DNA of 64,000 nucleotides, taken from Parachlamydiales bacterium. GTDB lineage: Bacteria > Chlamydiota > Chlamydiia > Chlamydiales > SM23-39. The notes under the pieces are model-generated. The model saw only the letters and a list, made by a program, of their open reading frames with translations, had not been told where the DNA came from and made no database searches. Below are positions 52,053 through 60,765 of this stretch, piece by piece. The DNA is taken from contig JACVQJ010000001.1 in the NCBI GenBank assembly GCA_015661075.1, positions 81,347 through 145,346 on the forward strand. Reading direction: 5' to 3'. Within the stretch, counting starts at the first letter, position 1. The number at the start of each line of letters is the position of its first letter. Both the position numbers and the translations under genes were made by a program.

Positions 52053-52447
52053 CCACCTTGAACAGTCGTGTTGAAGATTTTGAAACCATTGCACGCTTTA
52101 TCTTTTCGAGCAGTGAGTACAGGGTTTCGGATCAAACGGTAAAACATACGGCCTTCCTGCCCGCTCGCGACATGGCTGCCTCGGTATACAGAATCGACGG
52201 CTGTTCCGAAGACGAAATCTCACAAATCGATCAAAAATATGTCTCGGGTCAAAGAACAGACAAAAAAGTTTCAAAGGGACGTGCCGATATATTGGTTAGG
52301 CAGGTGCGGAAAGCTCAACTTAATGTCATATCTAATCCATCGCCTCACCCACGTCATGCCGATATTGTGGGTTATTCATCAGAGGCCGAAAATCGGATGA
52401 AGGCCATAGAGCTTGCTCAAAATGCCGAACTTGTTCTCAAGAAATAG
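52043..52447 (+). CDS. Small protein with possible ADP-ribosyltransferase/RES-like pattern
   Basis: E.IARF...AFLP....SVYR...HPRHADIVG; overlaps the upstream gene. Confidence 0.6.
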   Translation: MDLTTLNSRVEDFETIARFIFSSSEYRVSDQTVKHTAFLPARDMAASVYRIDGCSEDEISQIDQKYVSGQRTDKKVSKGRADILVRQVRKAQLNVISNPSPHPRHADIVGYSSEAENRMKAIELAQNAELVLKK

Positions 52448-52713
52448 GGGCTTTCTCCTTTTCAAAGATCGGTGCAAGAACGGTGCCCTGACGCACTCCC
52501 ATTCCTGGTTGACGGTCCGGGGGATGACTTTGAGTCCAGCTTCATGGAAGAGCTCAACAGTAGACGCAGAAAGCAGTACGGCATCGGTGGAGGCGGTTCT
52601 GGCTCCTAGATCCGCCGCTTTATTTTATCTCAGACAGGAAACCCTGAAGAACCCTGAAGTCCAAAGCTTCAGCGTTCGCTCGTTGAAGAAGAACCGCTGT
52701 CCCAGGAGCCAAA

Positions 52714-52734
52714 TGACCACTGGATGACCACTAA
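52714..52734 (+). promoter_or_regulatory. Putative integrase arm-binding site pair (right)
   Basis: TGACCACT-GGA-TGACCACT-AA, about 110 bp before attR. Confidence 0.7.
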
Positions 52735-52845
52735 GAGCCAAAAACTGGCAACAGATGCCCTAAAATCGCAATAGATTGAAATCCCACAAGTCCCTTATAG
52801 TTTTGCTGTTAGTTAATGCGATGTGATGCCAATAAGAGGCACACC

Positions 52846-52897
52846 GCGGACTCATAACCCGTCGGTCCCTGGTTCAAGTCCAGGTTGCCCCACATTT
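52846..52897 (+). repeat. attR of island 1 (3' part of the tRNA); also the left boundary of island 2
   Basis: gcggactcataacccgtcggtccctggttcaagtccaggttgccccacattt. Confidence 0.93.
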
Positions 52898-53042
52898 ATT
52901 TTAGGCTTCATAAAGCTAAAGTTGAGGCATTTGCGTAATAGCGAACAAATCAGCCCAAAGCGTGGTTCACATCCGTGGACCACCCGCCTGCAACAATTGG
53001 CGATAGAAGCACCATCCTCCGCCTTCAAATAGCAGCTAACCT

Positions 53043-53904
53043 TTGAAAACTGATAACAAAGGAAAAGCTGTGAAAGGCATTGACAAACGCATCCACAAAG
53101 ACGGGACTGTTTCTTACCGCACCCGAGTCCGCATCAAAGGACACCCAGTCCTCATCCAATCATTCGCTTCCAAAAATCTCGCCATGAAATGGAAACGCGA
53201 TACTGAATCAGCAGTTGAGCAAGGAAAATATGCATATGACCACCCCAGCAGCAAAAATACTTTAGCGGAGCTAATCGATCGCTATATTGAAAGAGTTCTT
53301 CCGTCAAAACCAAAAAATGCAAGAAACGTCCGCCAACATCTTCTCTGGTGGAAACAAGAACTGGGACGCTGCCTCCTTTCAGATATCAAGCCAAGCCTCA
53401 TCTCACAGAAACGCGATGAGCTGCTTTCAGGGCTGACTTACAAAGGCACAATCCGTTCTTTAACAACTGTCGTCCACTATCTCGCTAGCCTATCTCATGC
53501 CTTTGCGATTGGTGTTAAAGATTGGGAATGGATACAGGAAAATCCGATCATGAAAATCTAAAAGCCGAAAATTTCCAATGGAAGAACTCGCTTTCTCAAC
53601 GATGATGAAAAGGAAAGGCTGCTATCTGCCTGCCGAGAAAGCGAATCAAAAGGACTCTACCCAATTGTTATACTAGCTCTTTCAACAGGCATGAGGAGAG
53701 GAGAAATCATGAATCTCAAATGGAGCGATATAGATTTAGCCCAAGGTTCAATCCTCTTACAAACCACAAAGAATGGTGAGCGGCGTTTTATCCCTCTTGT
53801 CGGAACAGCTCTAGATCTTTTGCGTTCAAAATACGCCAATCAAACCGTTGACTCTCTCGTATTTCCCGCTCCACATTCTCCATGTAAACCTATTGACATC
53901 CGCA
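53043..53904 (+). pseudogene. Second tyrosine integrase, inactivated
   Basis: Paralog of 36624..37733; in-frame TAA at 53559-61; continues through TGMRRGE and TKNG, truncated after PIDIR with no HxxR or Tyr. Confidence 0.9.
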
Positions 53905-54030
53905 ATATCGTCATATTTAAGGACTTGTAAAGATGGGTCGAACCCTCTATACTTTCCTTGAAATTTATTGGCCCTAAATGGAAGAGAAACTTCAAGCCAC
54001 CCAAAAATCATCCTCTTGTGCCAAAATCGC
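53902..54030 (+). repeat. ~130-bp imperfect direct repeat, copy 1
   Basis: Matches 63804-63933 at roughly 85% by manual alignment. Confidence 0.85.
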
Positions 54031-56812
54031 TCTATTCCGCTCCCTTTTTCGAGGACGCGAAGATCTATATCCCCGTCGATTCGAAAGTAAAAAAACGGGA
54101 AAATCAGGCTACTCACCCGCGTGTGGTAATGAGTGGGTCCGAGGAATTTGCGAAAAGCCGAAAATCAAATGCTCTGAATGCAGACATCGCAAGCTCTTAC
54201 CCGTAGCCTACGATGTGGTACGATGGCACCTTTCCGGTCACGATGATTTTGGAAAAGATTTCGTCATGGGCATTTATCCGATGCTGCTCAACGAAACCTG
54301 CTTCTTTCTAGCTGCCGATTTTGATAAGTCCAGCTGGGAAGAGGACGCCAGGGCTTTTCTAAAAACCTGTCAAGGGTTGAACTTGCCCGCGGCTTTGGAG
54401 CGCTCCCGCTCGGGAAAGGGGGCCCATGTCTGGTTATTTTTTGCTGAAGCAATTCCAGCCATACTCGCGCGAAAATTGGGATGTCATATTCTTACTGAAA
54501 CGATGGAACATCGGCCGGATGTCGGACTTGATTCTTATGACCGATTCTTTCCCAACCAAGACACGTTGCCTCAAGGAGGATTTGGAAATCTAATTGCCCT
54601 GCCCCTACAAAAGAAAGCTCGAGATCTTGGAAATAGCGTGTTTGTGAATGAGGATTTGATCGCTTACGAGGACCAATGGGCATTTCTTTCATCTTTAGGC
54701 AAGATCCCTCGTCAGGAAGCTGAGGCAATTGTCCATCGCGCTGAAGGAAAGGGGCGTATTATTGGAACTCACCTAAGAATAGTGAGCGAAGAAGATGATC
54801 TCACCCCCTGGAACAGGCAATTCATTCCCAGCAAAATCCTTCTTCCATCTACAGATTTGCCAGAAAGTTTAGAGATCATTATTGGGAATGAAATTTACAT
54901 CCCTAAAAATGAGTTGTCTCCAGGTCTAAGAAACCGATTAATCCGTCTTGCGGCGTTTCCAAATCCCGAGTTTTATAAAGCCCAGGCAATGCGACTTCCC
55001 ACGCATGAAACACCCAGAATGATTTCTTGTGTCGCAGATTACCAAGATCACATAGGACTACCACGAGGCTGTCTTGAAGATATCTATCACTTGTTTTCAG
55101 AGTTGAAAATCAAATTAACGATTCGAAATGAGCTCCAGTCAGGGACGTTTCTCAATACAAAATTTCTAGGGGAGCTCAGAGGGGAACAAAAAACAGCTGC
55201 AGCGACCATGCTGAAAACAGATTTTGGCGTGTTGTCAGCGACTACAGCCTTCGGAAAAACTGTGATTGGTGCATGGCTTATCTCAAAACGAAAAGTAAAT
55301 ACCTTGATTCTTGTACACCGCAAGCAACTGCAAGAGCAGTGGATAGAGCGGTTATCCACATTTCTCGAATTGCCAAAAAATGCCATAGGCCGTATTGGTG
55401 GCGGGAGAAAGAAACCAACCGGGCTAATCGATATAGCAGTGATTCAGAGTCTTGTGCGTAAAAATATTGTGGATGATGTAGTCTCTCAATATGGGCATCT
55501 GATCGTTGATGAATGCCACCATTTGCCAGCGTTCAGCTTTGAGCAAGTTGCTCGCCACTCAAAAGCAAAATTCATCACAGGTTTGACCGCTACCGTAACT
55601 CGAAAGGATGGTCATCACCCGATTATCCTCATGCGATGCGGACCTGTAAGATATCGAGTCGATGCCAAAACGGCTGCCATGTTGCGCCCTTTCGAACATA
55701 CTGTTTTTGTCAGACCTACTTCTTTCGCTCCAGTGAAGCCCGCTAATGAAGATACACGCCTTCGATTCCATGATTTATATGAGGAAATCATCCGAGATGA
55801 TGAACGCAATCGGTTGATTTTTAATGATGTGGTGAGTGCAGTCCAAAGAGGCAGATCCCCCATCATACTCACTGAACGAAACGATCATCTTGATTGTTTG
55901 TTTGAAAAGCTTTCCCCTCATATCCATCATCTGATAGTGCTTCGTGGAGGCATGAGTTCAAAAGAGATCGCTCAAGCGACCAGCCGTTTAGCCACTATCC
56001 CAGCAAATGAAGCTAGAGTTCTTCTTGCGACAGGCAAATTTGTCGGCGAAGGATTTGACGATGCACGTCTAGATACTCTATTTCTTACCATGCCTATTTC
56101 ATGGAAAGGAACCATCGCACAGTATGTTGGCAGGCTCCATCGTCTGTATGCACAAAAACAAGAAGCACAGGTCTATGATTATGCAGATCTTGGCGTACCT
56201 ATGTTGGAAAGGATGTTCAATCGGCGATGCCAGGGATATGAAGCAGTGGGATATAAGATCCTTCTTCCCGCCAGCGCTATTCCTGGATGGCCAGCGGAAG
56301 TGCCTCTTCCAGTTGACCCAACCTGGAAAGCAGATTATGCGGGCAGTGTGAAAAGACTGATTCGCGACGGCGTGGACATGCCCTTGGCCCACCTTTTTGT
56401 TCAGGTCGCTTCACATTTTCCTCCTGAAGCGGAAGGAGCTGACCGCGCGCGTAGTGCAACGGAACGTTTTTTATTCCGCCGCCTAGAGACAATCGCTCAA
56501 ACAGCTGGGCAATTTCGACTGAATGCAGGACTTGATATTCCTTTCGATGGGTGGGGCCAAATGGAAGTAGATCTGCTCTGTATGAATGCTCATCTTGCGA
56601 TTGAACTTGATGGCGCCCAGCATCTTGGCAATGCTGAGGCCTATCGCCGAGACCGGCGCAAAGATGCTTTGTTACAGGAAAATGGCTATACAGTTTTGCG
56701 ATTCTTAAGCGAAGATGTCGGCAAACATCTCGATGATGTCCTGGATTCAATTCTTCGCACCATAAGCCACTTGAGAAAGCGTGAGACAAGAGAAGACCTA
56801 CATTCGCAATAG
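53978..56812 (+). CDS. TOTE-type AEP primase-like domain + SF2 helicase + DUF559/Vsr-like endonuclease fusion
   Basis: LFRGRED.Y, AADFD, ERSRSGKGAHVW, GNLIALP; TAFGKT, DECH, TAT, QYVGR; VDL..LAIELDG.QH...DRRKD.LLQENGY.VLRF. Confidence 0.85.
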   Translation: MEEKLQATQKSSSCAKIALFRSLFRGREDLYPRRFESKKTGKSGYSPACGNEWVRGICEKPKIKCSECRHRKLLPVAYDVVRWHLSGHDDFGKDFVMGIYPMLLNETCFFLAADFDKSSWEEDARAFLKTCQGLNLPAALERSRSGKGAHVWLFFAEAIPAILARKLGCHILTETMEHRPDVGLDSYDRFFPNQDTLPQGGFGNLIALPLQKKARDLGNSVFVNEDLIAYEDQWAFLSSLGKIPRQEAEAIVHRAEGKGRIIGTHLRIVSEEDDLTPWNRQFIPSKILLPSTDLPESLEIIIGNEIYIPKNELSPGLRNRLIRLAAFPNPEFYKAQAMRLPTHETPRMISCVADYQDHIGLPRGCLEDIYHLFSELKIKLTIRNELQSGTFLNTKFLGELRGEQKTAAATMLKTDFGVLSATTAFGKTVIGAWLISKRKVNTLILVHRKQLQEQWIERLSTFLELPKNAIGRIGGGRKKPTGLIDIAVIQSLVRKNIVDDVVSQYGHLIVDECHHLPAFSFEQVARHSKAKFITGLTATVTRKDGHHPIILMRCGPVRYRVDAKTAAMLRPFEHTVFVRPTSFAPVKPANEDTRLRFHDLYEEIIRDDERNRLIFNDVVSAVQRGRSPIILTERNDHLDCLFEKLSPHIHHLIVLRGGMSSKEIAQATSRLATIPANEARVLLATGKFVGEGFDDARLDTLFLTMPISWKGTIAQYVGRLHRLYAQKQEAQVYDYADLGVPMLERMFNRRCQGYEAVGYKILLPASAIPGWPAEVPLPVDPTWKADYAGSVKRLIRDGVDMPLAHLFVQVASHFPPEAEGADRARSATERFLFRRLETIAQTAGQFRLNAGLDIPFDGWGQMEVDLLCMNAHLAIELDGAQHLGNAEAYRRDRRKDALLQENGYTVLRFLSEDVGKHLDDVLDSILRTISHLRKRETREDLHSQ

Positions 56813-56865
56813 ATTGAAATCGTCGTTCTCGCTACAATCCTCTCTCCATCTAAATTGGTTTTTTT

Positions 56866-57838
56866 ATGAGCGAGTATCAATATTATGAATTTCAAGCTGT
56901 CGATCGCTGTCTGACTGACAAAGAAATGGGCGAATTGCGTTCTTTTTCAACACGTGCAAACCTACTGCAATGGCGACAATTTTTCTGCTCGCCTTTGCAA
57001 TGATAAAATCATTTTAGATTTCTTATCTGAAAATGAAGGTGGCGGTGATTGGGAAGAAGACTTGCAACTCTCCCAATTTTTAAGCCTAAGATCGGACTTA
57101 AGCCGTGGAGATTTTCGATGTTTATATTTAGGATGGCTCGCTGGTTTGCAAAGTGACGATTACGATGAGGAAGCATTTGAACCACCAATACCCCCAGGAC
57201 TTGGTCAACTAAATCCAGCCCTGGATAACTTGGCAAACTTTTTGCGTATTAACCACGATCTGATTGAGGCCGCTTCAAGACTCAGTCCTTCATTAGAGCA
57301 AACGACACCCGATTCAAATGATGTCCGAGCATGGCTAGTCGCTTTCACCGATAAAGAAAAAGAAACCCTACTCGTAGATATTTTGGAGAGCAGTATCAGG
57401 GGTGATCAATCCCCCTCTTTACAATTGGTTCATCGTTTCAATAAAAGCTGGCAAGCTAAAAAAATTGATACTGCAAAACGCAAGCGCCCCGTGGTGGAAT
57501 TATTAAAAGAAGCTGAATCTATCACGTTATCTAGGCGTCGTAAAGAAGCAGAAAGGATAGCTGCAGAAAAAGCAGAGCAACAGCGATTAAATAAACTCGC
57601 CCGAGAAAAACGACTGAATGAAATTGTAGGTAGAGAATCTCTGTTGTGGGATCAGATAGAATCTCTTGCCGCTGAAAAGAAAGCAAAAAGCTACGACAAA
57701 GCAGTCGAACTTCTGATCGATTTACGCGACTTTGCTTCTCATGGAGGATCATCTGACTTCTCTTTAAGGCTTAAAAATTTAAGAGAAAGGCATTCTTCTA
57801 AATCGTCATTCATTGAACGCTTACGGATTTTATCGTAG
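56866..57838 (+). pseudogene. MSEYQYYEF-type conserved hypothetical protein with internal deletion/frameshift
   Basis: ATG 56866 reads MSEYQYYEFQAVDRCLTDKEMGELRSFSTRA, then the frame changes into ORF 56954..57838 (GDFRCLYLGWL, PPIPPGL, YDKAVELLIDLRD). Confidence 0.75.
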
Positions 57839-57860
57839 GTGAAAACCTGAAAAAGATTTC

Positions 57861-58211
57861 TCATCGACGAGTAAATGCGTCTAGTATACCACAGATGAGA
57901 AACATGGCTGCAAACGCGTAGAAGGGTAAGCCAGCAAAAATAAGCGCTTTATTTGGCTGATTGCGAAAATACCTCGACCACATAAGATAGATACTCACAG
58001 GGACAGACAAGGGAGGGCTGGACAGAGCAAGTACAATAACGCCTATTGTAAAGGGTGTTTCTGTGGGGCGCTCGAGAGCAAGCATGGAACAAACGAAAGC
58101 CATGCCTAGTAAGACAGGAAATGCAACCACGTAAATGGTGGTACAGATAGCTAACCCCCATTTGAGTGTTTTAGGTTGTAGAACGTTTGTCTTTTGTAAG
58201 GGATTTGACAT
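57861..58211 (-). CDS. Small membrane protein (3 TM), candidate immunity protein
   Basis: ATG 58211 lies 1 nt after the upstream stop; three hydrophobic segments. Confidence 0.6.
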   Translation of the reverse strand: MSNPLQKTNVLQPKTLKWGLAICTTIYVVAFPVLLGMAFVCSMLALERPTETPFTIGVIVLALSSPPLSVPVSIYLMWSRYFRNQPNKALIFAGLPFYAFAAMFLICGILDAFTRR

Positions 58212-58212
58212 A

Positions 58213-59670
58213 TTATTTGCGATATTTTTGAACGATTTGCCGAACAGTTCTTTGATAGCAGTCGCTGGCAAATTCGTGTTTCCAACGAGTTTCTGGATCA
58301 GGATCCAATATAGTTAAGTTTTTGATTCGGGCAAACATGTCTTGATAATACTTAACTCTTCCTTCCGCAAACTTTTTTATTACGTCAGAATCAATTGAGT
58401 CCAGTTCCAAAATTGCATCTCGGAAAGCCCAGTCATGGATCATTTGAGCATCAGTTAATCCTTCTTTGTGAGCATGATAGCGTTGGAGAGCAAGCACCTG
58501 TAGATTAGGTGATCCCATAAGACATACATAGTCAGCGACACTTGCATAATTGTGGGAATCAGAGTGGCTCTTCCCTAAAGCGATAAAGGACCCTCCCCCA
58601 AAGGTAAAAATGCGCAAATGAGATCTTTCATTGGGCTCAAGAAATTCAATGGCATGTTCAAGGATAATTCCTCCTTGGCTGTGTGCAAACAGAACGATTG
58701 GCGAACCCTCTTCTTTTTCTAATGTCAACAGATAACGCAAAAATTTGATGGCCCGATCGATAACCGGAAGCTCGATGGAAGCTTTTAGCAATATGCAATC
58801 GCCAAAATCCACAGAACCTTTAAATCCTTTCGTATCATTTTGCATCAATAAGACGCGTTCTCCTCCAGCCATAGAGGAAATATTATTCGCGGCTTTCAAA
58901 GCATCTTCTTTGGTATTATCAATGCCATTAATAAACGCCCAGATGCATTGTCCTAGTTTTGCAGTGCCGACGATTCTCATAAAAGAGGCAATTTCTTGAG
59001 GTTCGGGGACAGTAACAAACGGGAACCGGATATGCTGAATCCAATGATCGGGTCGTGAACGAAGGTGGATATTGCCATTATGCGCGTGAACAATGATAGC
59101 GTCCAGACGGTTTTGTTGAACCCATGTAACGGCTTCTTCTTTTGAAAGAACGAGGTTGCCTCCGATCAAATAGGTATCTTCACATCCGCCATTTTCGATT
59201 TTCCCAAATATTTTAGGCATGAAATAAAATTCTTCATTGCCTTTGAGGGCGTAATCGCATAGTTTTTCGATGCCAAAAAGCAATCGACTAAACTCTTGTT
59301 TGCTCAACGCCTTGACTTTTGTGCGAATAGGAAGGCCGGTTAAACCGGATAATCGATTGGCAAAACTATCCACATTGTCCGGCTGGTAATGTTTGGCGAT
59401 AGTTTTTAGCGATCCTTTAAAATATTTTTTAATGTGCAGCCAATTAGATAGCGCTTCACGTCCATTTTCTGGGGTAGCAAAAATTGCATAATGACCAAAA
59501 TGGCCTATAGAGCCTTGCCTAGAGAAAAATCGGCTAGCGTTATGAACCAAGCCAGGGTTGTTCAAACGCCAAGCTAAACTGCCACCGATCGCGGCGTATT
59601 TATTGCCTGCAGAGTCCAGGTAAAAAACAATATTGCCATTTTGACTGTAAGCCGCTCTATACATGGCCAA
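58213..59670 (-). CDS. Multidomain protein: lysozyme-like NNPG domain + DUF3892-like domain + alpha/beta hydrolase (DUF687-like)
   Basis: GGSLAWRLNNPG...YAIFATPENG; KEEAV.WV...HLRSRPD; FINGIDNT, AHSQGG, IFTFGG. Confidence 0.7.
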   Translation of the reverse strand: MAMYRAAYSQNGNIVFYLDSAGNKYAAIGGSLAWRLNNPGLVHNASRFFSRQGSIGHFGHYAIFATPENGREALSNWLHIKKYFKGSLKTIAKHYQPDNVDSFANRLSGLTGLPIRTKVKALSKQEFSRLLFGIEKLCDYALKGNEEFYFMPKIFGKIENGGCEDTYLIGGNLVLSKEEAVTWVQQNRLDAIIVHAHNGNIHLRSRPDHWIQHIRFPFVTVPEPQEIASFMRIVGTAKLGQCIWAFINGIDNTKEDALKAANNISSMAGGERVLLMQNDTKGFKGSVDFGDCILLKASIELPVIDRAIKFLRYLLTLEKEEGSPIVLFAHSQGGIILEHAIEFLEPNERSHLRIFTFGGGSFIALGKSHSDSHNYASVADYVCLMGSPNLQVLALQRYHAHKEGLTDAQMIHDWAFRDAILELDSIDSDVIKKFAEGRVKYYQDMFARIKNLTILDPDPETRWKHEFASDCYQRTVRQIVQKYRK

Positions 59671-59777
59671 ATATCATATCAAAAGAAGGTGTTTCCCTCT
59701 ATGAAAATGGGTTAAGGACTTTGCTCATCCCCTATGCCAAACTCGCTTCTATCGTAAATCCTGACAGTCATTTGCCC

Positions 59778-59880
59778 GTGGACCATTTGTGGACCACTAG
59801 CACACAAAAAAGGGCAACTAATCACGACAGTTCGCAGTAGCTCGAAAGGCTGGCTTTCCGCTTCTAACAAAGCCCACAAG
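59778..59880 (+). promoter_or_regulatory. Orphan right-arm region of island 2
   Basis: GTGGACCA-TTT-GTGGACCAC pair followed by sequence resembling 52730-52790 (CAAAAA..GGCAAC...TCGCA.TAG...GAAA...CCCACAAG). Confidence 0.55.
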
Positions 59881-59899
59881 CAGCTCATCCCGCTTCTCA

Positions 59900-60508
59900 G
59901 CGATGACACAACCTTTCCCACCTCATGCGAGTAAGTTTGAACGCACTGCTTGCCGCAATCCCTCCCCTTCAGGGGAGGGTCTAGGCAAGCTATTTTATTG
60001 GCGCGGTATGCGGCTTTAGCCGCACCGCACCCTTAAGCGGAGTAAAGAATCTCCTCCTTTCAAGGAGGAGTTCTTCAAATTCCATTGTCGTTTGCAGGCT
60101 CAGCGTCAAGTAGCTCAAGGGCTGAGCAACAATGCCTGCGATCACGACATTTTTGTTCTTATCATCTCGGGTAGCCGAGTCCGTTAAAAACTCGATCTCT
60201 ACCTCTACGCCATCGATCTCTTTCACAAAACTTTCGCTTGCAGGAATATCAACATCTTTGAAGACATGAGTAAAGCCTGCTTCATTGAGATATTTGGCGA
60301 TGTTCTTTTTGGAGATTTCGGGAACCTTTCTGGGAATCAACGAGTCAATATCACGCGTTCCAACAGGGAGATTCTCGAGCTTGGGATCGGCGAGGTAAAG
60401 CTTGTAAATGAAAAGAGCAAAAACGCCTCCGATAACAACGAACTCTCTCCATGGTCCCAGTGATTTTAAAAATTCTGAAATGATCTTGTCTTCTTGAATC
60501 TGTTTCAT
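59900..60508 (-). pseudogene. GSU2403/AbiEii-like nucleotidyltransferase, interrupted and truncated
   Basis: VVIGG..., TRDID motif, VEIEFL; split by the mini-IS; left coordinate approximate. Confidence 0.7.
59942..60078 (+). mobile_element. 137-bp non-autonomous IS200/IS605-type element (PATE-like)
   Basis: Inserted 3' of TTGAA, ends TTCAA, no target duplication, three hairpins; removal restores ATG GAA TTT CAA ACT TAC in the host gene. Confidence 0.8.
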
Positions 60509-60690
60509 TTGTTCTTAAGGCTTTTGTAGATGCGTTTCAGTTCAGGTGCTCGCTGAGCTATAAATTCTGCTTGTTCTTGTCCTCGTAGGGGAAAATGATA
60601 AAGATCTAAAAAGGCAAGGAGAAGCGGGCAAATGCCAATTTCTTTACCGTCCTTCCTATTTTGCTTAAGCAGCATTTTGTAGTAAGGCTT
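60505..60690 (-). pseudogene. C-terminal fragment of an AbiEi-type antitoxin
   Basis: KPYY...CPLLLAFLDLYHFPLRGQEQAEFI; ATGA overlap with the NTase gene; 5' part missing. Confidence 0.7.
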
Positions 60691-60765
60691 TCTTTAGAAA
60701 GCCCTTCTCGGAGCAGCCAAACAAGGACGAGGGAAGACTTGTCTGCATAGACTAATAGCAAACAG

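Larger units (their letters stand above)
36449..52897. mobile_element. tRNA-integrated genomic island 1 (~16.4 kb; Int-Xis-DUF927 replicase with defence cargo)
   Basis: 52-bp direct repeats 36449-36500 and 52846-52897 (one mismatch), adjacent intact integrase. Confidence 0.92.

Noticed and set aside
52846-52895. Second functional tRNA
   Set aside because: Lacks the 5' acceptor strand and D-arm; it is an att duplication
36449-52897. Prophage or ICE
   Set aside because: No structural, terminase, lysis, relaxase or T4SS genes recognised
52413-53032. ORFs 52413..52727 and 52823..53032
   Set aside because: They overlap arm/att sequences and have no motifs; probably spurious
53559-53561. Programmed readthrough in integrase 2
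   Set aside because: The gene also lacks the HxxR and Tyr catalytic region, so readthrough would not restore activity
59712-59921. Independent 69-aa gene
   Set aside because: It is the in-frame continuation of the interrupted NTase running into the non-coding island arm
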